The notes below the pieces were generated by a model, which saw only the letters and a program-made list of their open reading frames with translations, searched no databases and was not told the DNA's origin. From Candidatus Lokiarchaeum ossiferum (lineage in GTDB: Archaea > Asgardarchaeota > Lokiarchaeia > Sigyniarchaeales > Promethearchaeaceae): 32,000 nt of DNA. The position numbers and the translations under genes are program-made. Shown piece after piece: positions 1-9,248 of this stretch (the first letter of the stretch is position 1; each line of letters starts with the position of its first letter). The stretch is from assembly GCA_025839675.1 (NCBI GenBank), contig CP104013.1, positions 2,040,001 through 2,072,000 on the forward strand, given 5' to 3'.

Positions 1-279
1 AGCCATTCTATGGCCCGAAACTTGTATAAGAGATGATTTTTCAAGAAATTCCATATAGCGATAGATAGTTTTCAATGCTTTAGAATATTTTTGGGTTTGG
101 GGGTTATAATATAAATGATGAATTTCCTTGACGGTCATATGTCCATATTTCGTCAAACTTTTCATAATAAGTACGTGTTCCCTTAAAAGTTCTTCTTGTT
201 TTAGGGAAATACGCCGAATTAGTTGAGGTTTTTTGGTTACAAAATCTTCATAATTCTTAGCGCTAATTTCATCAACCAT
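1..279 (-). CDS. winged-helix (ArsR/PadR-like) transcriptional regulator, N-terminal part; the gene runs off the left edge
   Basis: Absent from the supplied track because it is truncated. Hand translation of the reverse strand from ATG (277-279) gives 93 codons with no stop to position 1: MVDEISAKNYEDFVTKKPQLIRRISLKQEELLREHVLIMKSLTKYGHMTVKEIHHLYYNPQTQKYSKALKTIYRYMEFLEKSSLIQVSGHRMA. The I-x-x-L-x-x-x-G-x-x-T-x-x-E-I ... Y-R-Y-M-x-x-L-E-x-x-x-L-I pattern matches the HTH plus wing layout of small wHTH regulators. Confidence 0.45.
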   Translation of the reverse strand, partial: MVDEISAKNYEDFVTKKPQLIRRISLKQEELLREHVLIMKSLTKYGHMTVKEIHHLYYNPQTQKYSKALKTIYRYMEFLEKSSLIQVSGHRMA

Positions 280-328
280 GTGAATGCAAGTTATTCAAGA
301 TATGAAAACTTTTTAAACTTGTGAATCA

Positions 329-345
329 TTGTCATGACATGACAA
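329..345. promoter_or_regulatory. perfect 8-1-8 palindrome TTGTCATG-A-CATGACAA in a divergent intergenic region; candidate operator
   Basis: Read directly at 329-345. It lies between the divergently oriented wHTH gene (start 279) and the MBL-fold gene (start 381), where an autoregulatory operator would be expected. Confidence 0.4.
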
Positions 346-380
346 CCATTTGTCGATATGCAAGAATTGGATGAAAAAAT

Positions 381-1319
381 ATGTCAATCGAAAAAGCAGA
401 AATTATTGAAGTTACCGATAAAATATACTTACATCGTTATACTGGAACCAGGTTCAATGAAGGAAACATTTCCTGCATTAATATGAAGTGGGGATTAATT
501 TTTATAGATGCGGGAGCACGAATGGATAAAGCCGCAGAATTTCGAAAACAGATGGAACAAAAATTTCAAAAATCCTCGAAAATATTAGTTTTAACCCATA
601 CCGATGGGGATCACATTCAGGGAATGGATGCTTTTGCAGATCTTCAAGTAATTGTCTCTGAATCTGGAATGCAAAAGATGGTTGAAGACGAAAGGGAAGG
701 TGCCTTCAAGAAAGAATTTCGTCAAAATCAAATTGACAAAATAATCAAAGGAGCGGAAGAACGAAAGGACCCTTTACCAGATGCATGGATGAATGACTTT
801 GCACCTCGCTTCATTAAAGCAAAGTTTTTTCTTCCCAATATATCCTTTAAGAATCAGATGTATATCAGAGATAATACTCAAACATTAACACTAACTTTGA
901 TTCAAGGGCATACTCCTTGTTCCATTCTAATTGAGTATCGTTCAAGTGAAGATAATTCACAAAAAATTTTGTTTACGGGAGATAATCTGAATGCAGAGCA
1001 TGCTGATAATTCCGGTTGTATGTTAGGGCGATCTATGGAAAGTTTGAAGCAAATTAAACATATAATTGATTCAGATTTTAATGTTTTTGTACCTGGACAT
1101 GGACCTGTGGTTGATAAAGAATATGCAATTAAAACATTAGCTTATTTAACAGAAATGAAATCAAGAATAAACCAATTGATAGCAGAAAATTTATCAAAGG
1201 AAGCAATCATAACACATCCAAGTCTCCCCGTCTTCTATGAAACCAAGGTCCCAGATTTTCTCCCAAGAGTTATTTCATTATGGTATGACTATTTCAATTC
1301 AGATCCAAAATCAGTTTAA
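381..1319 (+). CDS. MBL-fold (metallo-beta-lactamase superfamily) hydrolase
   Basis: 312-aa ORF. It carries LVLTHTDGDHIQG (an HxHxDH-type motif with the second His replaced by Asp), then QGHTPCS, FTGDN and VPGHGP in the order expected for MBL motifs 3-5. Confidence 0.7.
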   Translation: MSIEKAEIIEVTDKIYLHRYTGTRFNEGNISCINMKWGLIFIDAGARMDKAAEFRKQMEQKFQKSSKILVLTHTDGDHIQGMDAFADLQVIVSESGMQKMVEDEREGAFKKEFRQNQIDKIIKGAEERKDPLPDAWMNDFAPRFIKAKFFLPNISFKNQMYIRDNTQTLTLTLIQGHTPCSILIEYRSSEDNSQKILFTGDNLNAEHADNSGCMLGRSMESLKQIKHIIDSDFNVFVPGHGPVVDKEYAIKTLAYLTEMKSRINQLIAENLSKEAIITHPSLPVFYETKVPDFLPRVISLWYDYFNSDPKSV

Positions 1320-1475
1320 TAGGACTCCCTTATTTTTTTCCCCATATGATTTTCTAGTTACCATATGGATCCATTGGAACTCTTTGGTGAATTCATATTA
1401 GACTAAGAGACTATTATATAATTAGAATCTTAGTGATTCGGGTGAAATATTATATCAATATATGAAAGCGCAAAA

Positions 1476-1649
1476 ATGGATTTTATGAGACGGGAACACT
1501 ACAATGTTGGGCGATATGATGATGTTCAAAAGGATTATGTTCAACACGATAAGAAGAATAGCATTATGAAAATGGTAGACAAATTAGTACCTTTCATCCT
1601 ATTCGGTGGAATTTTTCTGATGTGGATTCTCGTTTTTAATAGAGCTTGA
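1476..1649 (+). CDS. hypothetical small membrane protein (57 aa)
   Basis: Below the track length cutoff. Translation of ATG 1476 to TGA 1647-1649 is MDFMRREHYNVGRYDDVQKDYVQHDKKNSIMKMVDKLVPFILFGGIFLMWILVFNRA, with one C-terminal hydrophobic helix. A TATA-like ATTATATAA lies about 60 nt upstream. No family recognised. Confidence 0.25.
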   Translation: MDFMRREHYNVGRYDDVQKDYVQHDKKNSIMKMVDKLVPFILFGGIFLMWILVFNRA

Positions 1650-1922
1650 AGGGTAATCAACCTATCTATTTATTTTTTCAATCAACTGACCTAAAATACT
1701 TACAATTATTTAGAACTTTTCGATTTTTTCGAAAATACTTAAACTTTTAATCAATTAACAATGTATTTGGCGGATAACAAGGTTATTTTTGGGATATCTA
1801 CCAGTTCGTTAAAGACTACACTTTCGTACATATCCACATTCTTCTGTTTCTTCCGAAAGGATATATAAACTGTTGTCTGTTAAATACAATTTTTTTTATT
1901 ACTCCAACTTCAAGATCTATCA

Positions 1923-2117
1923 ATGAGTTTTCATACTGCAGAATCGAACCTCATCTTGGATTGTGTATCGGAAAATCAAAAAATAATTCGTGGGGGCAAA
2001 GATCTGGACATTCAACGAGCTATTCATTATGCTTTTCCCAATGCTACAGACTATGAGACCTTCGGTTTCAAGCAAATCGGTAATGATTTGCAAATCAAAA
2101 AAATAAATTATTTTTAA
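1923..2117 (+). CDS. hypothetical small protein (64 aa), uncertain
   Basis: Both strands are open here, which is unusual in an AT-rich intergenic region. The + frame peptide (MSFHTAESNLILDCVSENQKIIRGGKDLDIQRAIHYAFPNATDYETFGFKQIGNDLQIKKINYF) has the more protein-like composition. GGATATATAAAC lies about 60 nt upstream. No family recognised. Confidence 0.2.
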   Translation: MSFHTAESNLILDCVSENQKIIRGGKDLDIQRAIHYAFPNATDYETFGFKQIGNDLQIKKINYF

Positions 2118-2252
2118 TTCTACAAATTTTGACTTAACCATCCATAAAACACAATACACCCTGAAATTCATTTTTCATAAATTCTTGTTCGGATAATTGA
2201 ATTTAATTCGAGAAATTGGAGAAAGAAAGTAAAAAAAAGGGGACTATTTTTC

Positions 2253-4244
2253 TTATTCAGTATAGTTTGATAAAGCCAGGTCTGGAGAACCCTTATTTTC
2301 TTCGTCGTTTGAAGATTTAAAATTGGAGGATAAAGAGAATCCATGGGAAATCAGCATGAAACTCAAACAAACCAAAAATATTCCGAGAGCAGGCCAAAAA
2401 ACAGCATGGAATGCAAATTGCATATTATTTCTCGCCAAAGCCACCCAATTTCCTAAATCGATGCTCGAAGGATCACTATATCCATAGTAAGATACTGTTG
2501 ATTTCATAATAGCAATAAATGTACTATAGAAGAGAATTAAGCTAATTAATTGAGGAAGCATCTCTTTGAACAACAAATTTAACTCTTTGGCTCTTCCAGA
2601 GCGATTAATATGTTTCAATACCAGATTACGGGTCAATTGACCCAGGAATATGGCACTAAGCAATGAAAACGTAATAAATCCTAAAATATTACTAGTGCCC
2701 ATTACACTAGATAGAACGATAAATAACACTGCTTGGGGTAGTAACATTATAACATTACCACAAACCATAAAGAAAGTTCCAATTTTCCCCCCTTTTGCAC
2801 CCGAAATAAAACCAATCGGAATCCCAATTGTTGCTCCAACGAACGCAACTCCGAGGGAGTATGAGATTAAGGAACCAATCCCAAACATCAACCCACCCAG
2901 TACATCCCTTCCAAATCTTGTAGTTCCCAATAAGTGTTCTGAACTTGGAGGCATATAATCACCACCCATTGAGACACCACTAATATCGACCTTATTGAAG
3001 AAGATTGGGGCTAAAATAGCTAAAAGAATTAAAACGGCAAATAAACTAAGCCCAACAATTATGGAGGGAACTTTGAAATACGATTTAATGTCATCCGATG
3101 AGAGCGAGTCACCATCATCATTCTCAACTTGTGGAGATTTTTGAAAATTTGGTCCTTCATCTTTACGATGAAATGCAGCTAACTCTCCATTATCTTTATC
3201 ACGTATTACGTGAATCACATTCAAGATAAAATTAGGAAGAAGAAAACTTAGGAGAAGGAGAAATACTATAGCATTCACTACATAGTAATCCACAGCATTT
3301 ATCGCCATAATTAGAAGACTTGATATTCCAGAAAGATTAAAAATGCTTTCTACGGAGATAAGTGCCATAAAAATTACACTAAAATTGAATGCATATAATG
3401 AAGTTTGATCTATATAAGGTTCTGCTATATTCTTAATTTTTTTTAAGCGATTTGCACGAACTACAGGAATTAATAAACTTCCAAACAAAAAACTCATCGT
3501 TAAACAAGGTAATAGAAGATGCAATAGTACATCGCCAAACATTGGAAGATTCAAATTCAAAAGTGAATCGAGTAAAGGAAAACCAGTAATCATTTCACTA
3601 ATATAAGTTATTTCATACGTAGTAGACATGTAATTTGAATAAAATGGAAAAATTTGGCTTTCTAATGCAAGCAAAAATTGAAAGAGCAGAGCTACGAACA
3701 CCAAAGGCACTCCAAAATAAATTTTTGAGAAACACAAAATTCCACGATCACTCGTTTGTGTTTCTTTTTTTGCAGCAAGTCTTCCTAGAGGAATTGCTAA
3801 AATAAGGGTAATTAACAATGTAACTCCACAAATTTCAATAGATCTTGGGAAATTTCGTATTATTAATTCCCAAACAGGTGTTCCAGAACTAATTGATATC
3901 GAGGTCCCCCAATCACCACTGAGTAAAACTCCAATATATTTGAAAAATTGAACAATTACATGTTGATCCAACCCTAATCGTTCCACATTCTCAAGATATG
4001 CTTGTCTTTGAGCATCTGAAGTAAAACCTCCATTTGCAAGCAACATTTTATAAGGATTATCGGGCATCATACGAGTAAGTATAAAAGTTGCGAGTATTCC
4101 AATAAATAAATAGGCGATAAAACAGATTCCTTGATATAATATCCGTTTGGCAATGAGATTAGGAGAAGAATCGGAATCTACAGTTAAATTAGGTTCTTTG
4201 TCTAATTGGTATGACATTTTTTTATTCAGCTTTTTTTTTATCAT
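2253..4244 (-). CDS. fused ABC transporter permease (OppB/DppB-like N-terminal half plus OppC/DppC-like C-terminal half)
   Basis: 663 aa and polytopic. The N-terminal half starts like OppB permeases (RILYQGICFIAYLFIGILATFILTRMMPDNPY...). The C-terminal half has the OppC signature EHLLGTTRFGRDVLGG followed by a permease core. A hydrophilic linker (HRKDEGPNFQKSPQVENDDGDSLSSDD) joins the two halves. Confidence 0.8.
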   Translation of the reverse strand: MIKKKLNKKMSYQLDKEPNLTVDSDSSPNLIAKRILYQGICFIAYLFIGILATFILTRMMPDNPYKMLLANGGFTSDAQRQAYLENVERLGLDQHVIVQFFKYIGVLLSGDWGTSISISSGTPVWELIIRNFPRSIEICGVTLLITLILAIPLGRLAAKKETQTSDRGILCFSKIYFGVPLVFVALLFQFLLALESQIFPFYSNYMSTTYEITYISEMITGFPLLDSLLNLNLPMFGDVLLHLLLPCLTMSFLFGSLLIPVVRANRLKKIKNIAEPYIDQTSLYAFNFSVIFMALISVESIFNLSGISSLLIMAINAVDYYVVNAIVFLLLLSFLLPNFILNVIHVIRDKDNGELAAFHRKDEGPNFQKSPQVENDDGDSLSSDDIKSYFKVPSIIVGLSLFAVLILLAILAPIFFNKVDISGVSMGGDYMPPSSEHLLGTTRFGRDVLGGLMFGIGSLISYSLGVAFVGATIGIPIGFISGAKGGKIGTFFMVCGNVIMLLPQAVLFIVLSSVMGTSNILGFITFSLLSAIFLGQLTRNLVLKHINRSGRAKELNLLFKEMLPQLISLILFYSTFIAIMKSTVSYYGYSDPSSIDLGNWVALARNNMQFAFHAVFWPALGIFLVCLSFMLISHGFSLSSNFKSSNDEENKGSPDLALSNYTE

Positions 4245-4410
4245 CGAACAAATTAATGAACATTTTGTTAATCTAATTAGGAGATGTTATGGTATAAAAA
4301 TCTAAGGGTCATTTTCAGATTCAACCTAAAATTCATCCAAAATCTATGAACTACGAGGGTGAAGAAAAATAAGGCAGCATATGGTTCTTATGGTGTTGGA
4401 ATATAAATAT

Positions 4411-4420
4411 AAAAAAAAAA
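4411..4420 (-). terminator. oligo-T tract (T10 on the minus strand) 15 nt after the stop of the 1011-aa gene
   Basis: A10 on the + strand at 4411-4420 is read as T10 on the coding strand. Archaeal transcription commonly terminates at oligo-T runs. This suggests the surface-protein and permease genes are separate transcripts. Confidence 0.35.
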
Positions 4421-4434
4421 TATAAATCGTGCAT

Positions 4435-7400
4435 TTATATGGGATTTTTCTTTTTGTAGACCACTACCCCACCAATGATTGCAATAATGGCAACCCCTCC
4501 TCCAATGGATACAGGAAGTACCCATGAAGGTACCTTTGTAACATCATCTTGAGTAGAGGAAAGTGTTAAATTTGGAGTTAGGAGCTGAACACCATAACTT
4601 GCTATATTTAACCGATATTGAACATATTCGGAGGTATTCACATCAGCGGCAACAAATATAAATTTGAAGCTAGATGGAGCAATCCCTAATTCTATAGAAT
4701 CATTCACATTTCCTGAAAATAGAGGATAAACATTTGACATAACGGGGCCAGTATTATCTAACCATATATTATCAAAAATTAATCCAGCAGAGATCGGGTT
4801 TTGAGTATTGGTACTTTGGAAAACAAATTGGTACCAATCATAGAGATTTCCTTCAACGGAAACAATTACCCCATCATGGTGAGATTCATTATAAGAACCG
4901 GAAAATCCATAGGTGTTATAATCTTCAAAATCCAATTCACTGAGATCAATTGGACTAGAACCAATGGAAGGATATGTTTCAGTTTCATAACGTGCTACAT
5001 CATCGAATGTAACTATTCTAAACTTAACCTCTTTGGTGATAGGTACATTTGTATAGGTGCTTGTACTTTCATCATAAGTTCGATCGTAGACTTGATAAGG
5101 CCAAATAGACCAGAGAGCATCACCAGATCCAAAAAGACCATTATCGGATAATTCAAGATAGATATAATCCTGAGAATCAAATTCATCAAATCCGTCGAGG
5201 TTGAGAGTATAATCTTTAGTTTCTTTTTGAAGCTTAGTCATATTATCAAATTTTGAAATTAAATTAATCTCAGAGTTAACTTTCACATATAAATTTGTAT
5301 AGGGATACATTTGCACTTTAGGGGAAGCAGAATTATGTGGAGCAAGAGCAGGAATTGAACTGGGAGAAGGAACCAAACACCTCAATCGATACCAATACAT
5401 AGATTTATTGACATCGGGCATAGCACCTCCCCAATCAGGATCACTCACTTTATTAAACTCAGTAAAAACTTGAGGATAATCAAAATTGATCTTTCCACTT
5501 TGTCCTAAAGTTCCCCCTGTAGTATTAGTCCCATCGGATAAAATATTCATATTCGTCCAATCGTTATCCGAATCGTTATCCAACCATTGCCAAGTATAAT
5601 TACCCGTAGAAGAACTGACATTCACTAAATTAAAAGCCATGCTATCAACTTGTTGATCACACCCGAAATAGACATAATGACTTGTTGCACTTCCATTAAC
5701 AAATAAGTCCAACGCAGATCCACTAGTTGTTTGATTTAAGTACTCAGTTCCATTCCAAATCCACACTTGAGTATCAGATACATCCATAACTCTATCGAAG
5801 ATGAGTGGATTATCAGCGGGATAGATGCTGACATTATAACCAAATCGAATGGAATCATCATACTCGAACGACCGAGTTGATGGATAATTAACAGTATAAG
5901 TTGAAGTATCATAAAAAGGAGCACTCGTTAATTGACTCATGTCTGATTTCAAAATGTAATCGTTAATTTTAGTATGATGTTTGCTAGTGATTTCATCTCG
6001 ATCTAAAATGTATGATTGGAATTCTACCACATCTGTCTGTAATTTCGAAGTACTATGAATAAATAATCGATAAATGCCTGGAACCAAATCATAATAATAA
6101 TCTGACACACTTCCACTTGCAATAGGGGCGTTTATTTTTAAATAGCCAGTTTCATCGCTTAAATAAAAGAAATCATTAGCTGGGTCATATACACCAGCTC
6201 CACCTTGATGAATAGTATAGTTCAAAAGAACTGAGGTTGGTTCAGTTCCAGTGACATTGAATTGGATGATTGCTCTCTGAAAAGTGGGATCTACACTATA
6301 AAGACTTGTATTGCCCAATTCATACTGGTATGTCGGAATTTCATCATTGTAAACAGCGAAATTATAATAAAGAGGGATGTTCCAAAGTGTATTGAAATAT
6401 TGATTGTGTAAAACTGCAAAATAGGCAGTACCGTCTTCACTTATAGGAATGAACGTATCTGTTCCATCAGTTGCAATAGTATCCATTTGATACCCAGAAA
6501 TACTTGGAAGGAGTAAGAAACTCATGGGGGATCCCCATATTTCAGCATAATTAAATCGAAGGTATTGTCCGGTGGAAACGGGGAATGAATATAATTGAAT
6601 TGGGAAATATGCACTCTCTGACATCAATGTGGATGGATCAATTTCCTCAGAATTACTATCTTGGTATATAACACGATCTCCAATATCTAAATCTGTGATA
6701 TCAGTGATTCCCACTAGTTCAAAAGTGACATAACGTGTAGTGGTTTTAAAGAAAAGAGTATAACTTCCAGCATAATCTGCCCAGAAATATGCAAATTTCC
6801 GAATGGTTGTCCCACCTCCCATTCCATCAGCGAGTAAAGGAAGTAAATTTTCCGCAGTAAACCCAATTTCTGTTCCATTTTTGTTTATTAAATGGGGACT
6901 ATTCAAAGTAGTATCAGCTTCATAGTAGAAAATATACAAACCTGGTGCTCCAACAATTAATTCCAATTCTCGATAATCAGACATAATAAATGTATCAAAT
7001 CCAGTTTTGGCACCAACATTTAAAGATCCCAATTGTACTGATGAAAGTGAGAGATTATATGATGCAGTTTCTCCACTCTCAATATCATTATTCGAAATAT
7101 CAAGCCATTCAACAGCCCAAGGATTTTCCAAAGGATCAACACCCCATGTTTCTTCTAATGTTCCAAGTGATGTAGGATATCCTTTTTCATTTGTTGTTGA
7201 AAATGTTTTTGTTCCTATTTGATTATCTTCAAAATCAACATAGGTGAACACACCCGGTTGATCCCCTGCTACATGAACATTGAAAGGATAATTTTTAGCA
7301 GGAAGCATAGCAATTTTTGTATTAGTTGGAAACTCACTGTCAATGGACACAGATTCAGTGCTATTTATAATACTAGACTGAGTTTCAGCAGGTAAAGCTG

Positions 7401-7470
7401 TACCAGGACCCATCAACATGGAAATGACACACAATACAAAAGCGTATGTTATTATTTTTTTTGTTTTCAT
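4435..7470 (-). CDS. large secreted, C-terminally membrane-anchored surface protein (probable glycoprotein), function unknown
   Basis: 1011 aa. It has an N-terminal signal peptide (MKTKKIITYAFVLCVISMLMGPGTALPA) and a C-terminal TM plus basic tail (VLPVSIGGGVAIIAIIGGVVVYKKKNPI). It is rich in Tyr, Thr, Ser and Asn, with about 20 N-x-S/T sequons counted by eye. Confidence 0.7.
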   Translation of the reverse strand: MKTKKIITYAFVLCVISMLMGPGTALPAETQSSIINSTESVSIDSEFPTNTKIAMLPAKNYPFNVHVAGDQPGVFTYVDFEDNQIGTKTFSTTNEKGYPTSLGTLEETWGVDPLENPWAVEWLDISNNDIESGETASYNLSLSSVQLGSLNVGAKTGFDTFIMSDYRELELIVGAPGLYIFYYEADTTLNSPHLINKNGTEIGFTAENLLPLLADGMGGGTTIRKFAYFWADYAGSYTLFFKTTTRYVTFELVGITDITDLDIGDRVIYQDSNSEEIDPSTLMSESAYFPIQLYSFPVSTGQYLRFNYAEIWGSPMSFLLLPSISGYQMDTIATDGTDTFIPISEDGTAYFAVLHNQYFNTLWNIPLYYNFAVYNDEIPTYQYELGNTSLYSVDPTFQRAIIQFNVTGTEPTSVLLNYTIHQGGAGVYDPANDFFYLSDETGYLKINAPIASGSVSDYYYDLVPGIYRLFIHSTSKLQTDVVEFQSYILDRDEITSKHHTKINDYILKSDMSQLTSAPFYDTSTYTVNYPSTRSFEYDDSIRFGYNVSIYPADNPLIFDRVMDVSDTQVWIWNGTEYLNQTTSGSALDLFVNGSATSHYVYFGCDQQVDSMAFNLVNVSSSTGNYTWQWLDNDSDNDWTNMNILSDGTNTTGGTLGQSGKINFDYPQVFTEFNKVSDPDWGGAMPDVNKSMYWYRLRCLVPSPSSIPALAPHNSASPKVQMYPYTNLYVKVNSEINLISKFDNMTKLQKETKDYTLNLDGFDEFDSQDYIYLELSDNGLFGSGDALWSIWPYQVYDRTYDESTSTYTNVPITKEVKFRIVTFDDVARYETETYPSIGSSPIDLSELDFEDYNTYGFSGSYNESHHDGVIVSVEGNLYDWYQFVFQSTNTQNPISAGLIFDNIWLDNTGPVMSNVYPLFSGNVNDSIELGIAPSSFKFIFVAADVNTSEYVQYRLNIASYGVQLLTPNLTLSSTQDDVTKVPSWVLPVSIGGGVAIIAIIGGVVVYKKKNPI

Positions 7471-7645
7471 AGATTTTCACTTTTTTTTGAAGTTTTTTGT
7501 TTTGATTGATGAGTCACATTCGTTTTTGGAAATATAAATATTGTGGCCTTAATCAAATCCATTTGCTCAAATATAATTAGATTGATTTGAAATCATTCTG
7601 AAATAAACTAATTTTTGAAGAATTCAAACAAAAAAGCAAAAAAAA

Positions 7646-8524
7646 TTAATAATTCTTATCATCCTTGGAACCAAAAATCTGCCTCTGAATTCGTTTTCCC
7701 GTCGGTGAAGCTGCAAGTCCACCATTCCCAGTCTCTCGTAAGTCTTCAGGTAATTTACGCCCAACTTTCATCATAGCTTCGATAACTTCATCAGCGGGAA
7801 TTATAGAAGTCACTCCGGAAAGCGCCATTTCGGCAGCGAGAAATGCATTCATGACACCAATTGCATTACGTTTGATACAAGGAGAAATTACTAAACCCGC
7901 TACGGGATCACAAACCAAACCCAAAAGATTTTTTAATGTCAAGGCAACGACTTGCCCAATTTGGTCGGGAGAACCACCTGCCATATATGCGATAGCAGAA
8001 CCCGCCATTGCTGATGCCACCCCCACTTCAGCTTGGCATCCCGCTTCACTTCCAGACAAAGACGCTAAATTTCCAATAATAGCTCCAACAGTTGCACCGA
8101 CTAAAAACGCATTTAAAACATCTTCATTGGATTTATCTAGCATCTGTTGAGCCTTAAAAATGACTGCAGGAAAAATACCCGAAGATCCAGCAGTTGGACA
8201 AGCGCAAATTACACCCATTCCATTACTATATTCCATAATTGACATCGCCCAATATATTGCTTCTTTTAAATCTTTCCCGATAAAGATTGGGGCACCCATC
8301 ATATGTTGCGATTGCTCAATAACTTCTTTGATTGGGAGATCGATGTCCAAAGTGTTTCCTTTTTCAAGAGATTGTAACATTATATCAAGTGAATGTTGCG
8401 CTCTATCAAGAATTTCCTTATGAGACCTTCCAGTAGTTAAAGATTCTTCATTTAAAATAATCTCATGCATTGGGAGATTTTCTTTTTTCACTATGGAAAT
8501 TAAATCAGCCATATCCTCAAACAT
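7646..8524 (-). CDS. sdaAA: L-serine dehydratase (iron-sulfur dependent), alpha subunit
   Basis: 292 aa. The motif GVICACPTAGSSGIFPAV and the Gly/Ala-rich core are typical of SdaAA. It overlaps the upstream beta-subunit gene by 8 nt. Confidence 0.9.
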   Translation of the reverse strand: MFEDMADLISIVKKENLPMHEIILNEESLTTGRSHKEILDRAQHSLDIMLQSLEKGNTLDIDLPIKEVIEQSQHMMGAPIFIGKDLKEAIYWAMSIMEYSNGMGVICACPTAGSSGIFPAVIFKAQQMLDKSNEDVLNAFLVGATVGAIIGNLASLSGSEAGCQAEVGVASAMAGSAIAYMAGGSPDQIGQVVALTLKNLLGLVCDPVAGLVISPCIKRNAIGVMNAFLAAEMALSGVTSIIPADEVIEAMMKVGRKLPEDLRETGNGGLAASPTGKRIQRQIFGSKDDKNY

Positions 8525-9191
8525 TTATAGCCCTCACCTCTTTCATTTCTGGAATCTTTCTTAAAGCAGATATTAGTTCATCTGGAATTTGTTTTGTTAA
8601 TTCAATCCAACTCATTGCAATTTTTTTCCGAATATTGCGGGAAAGGTGCATTTCGCTAATATTTATATCAAATATCGAAACAACACTAGCGATATTTGCC
8701 AATACTCCAGGAATATCATCGTGAACTTCAACAATAGTAGGAGAATCCGCATCAAAGCCCGCTTCTAATCCATCTATTTCTTTGATTCGTATATTGCCAC
8801 CTCCAATGGAAGAACCCACAATTGAAAGCTGTTTTTTATCCGTTTTCATAACAATTTTGATGGAATTTGGATGATAATCAGGACCCAAATCAGCCATTTC
8901 AAATTTAAATTTCATAGACTTTTCTTGAGCATGCTGAAAACTAAATGGAATTCGTTCATCGTCAGGTTTATAGCCAAGTAATCCCCCAACTATGGCTACA
9001 TCGGATCGATGGCCTCGATATGTTTCAGCAAACGACCCGTGCAAATATATCTTAGCCTCAAGAGGCATCCCCCCAAAGATAATATGGGACACATATCCAA
9101 TCCGACAGGCCCCAGCTGTGTGAGAAGAACTCGGCCCTACCATGATGCGACCAACCACATCAAAAATGGAATCATATTTCACAATGATCAA
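8517..9191 (-). CDS. sdaAB: L-serine dehydratase (iron-sulfur dependent), beta subunit with C-terminal ACT-like domain
   Basis: 224 aa. The N-terminus SIFDVVGRIMVGPSSSHTAGACRIG is the hallmark of the SdaAB family. The gene is coupled to sdaAA. Confidence 0.9.
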   Translation of the reverse strand: MIIVKYDSIFDVVGRIMVGPSSSHTAGACRIGYVSHIIFGGMPLEAKIYLHGSFAETYRGHRSDVAIVGGLLGYKPDDERIPFSFQHAQEKSMKFKFEMADLGPDYHPNSIKIVMKTDKKQLSIVGSSIGGGNIRIKEIDGLEAGFDADSPTIVEVHDDIPGVLANIASVVSIFDINISEMHLSRNIRKKIAMSWIELTKQIPDELISALRKIPEMKEVRAINV

Positions 9192-9248
9192 TTAATGCTA
9201 TTTTCCAATAAAACTTTAGGCGTGCTAGTTAAGATTATATTAAGAAAA

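Noticed and set aside
1935-1960. tRNA-like string GAATCGAACC (the reverse complement resembles a T-loop, GGTTCGATTC)
   Set aside because: The flanking bases do not form a T-stem (TGAGG vs CTGCA). I could not build acceptor or anticodon arms around it. It is not a tRNA.
1920-2171. Minus-strand 83-aa ORF in the gene-poor region
   Set aside because: It has a hydrophobic, low-complexity, off-frame-like sequence (MNFRVYCVLWMVKSKFVELKIIYFF...) and overlaps the somewhat more plausible plus-strand ORF. There is no motif or signal to support it.
2650-2958. Antisense and alternative-frame ORFs inside confident genes (2650..2958, 4801..5151, 5736..5924, 6990..7222, 7851..8423, 8470..8724, 9632..9868, 10882..11309, 13387..13999, 17411..17596, 19653..19880, 20129..20462, 21062..21256, 23805..24002, 24168..24356, 26086..26561, 27880..28086, 29032..29892, 30166..30351, 30893..31876)
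   Set aside because: Each lies wholly or almost wholly within a longer ORF that carries recognisable family motifs. Their translations are low-complexity or Pro/Ile/Lys-rich shadow sequences.
9009-9248. N-terminal 80 codons of track ORF 9009..9911
   Set aside because: This part is antisense to the well-supported sdaAB gene and has no similarity to RibD-C proteins. The internal ATG at 9249 gives the normal family N-terminus.
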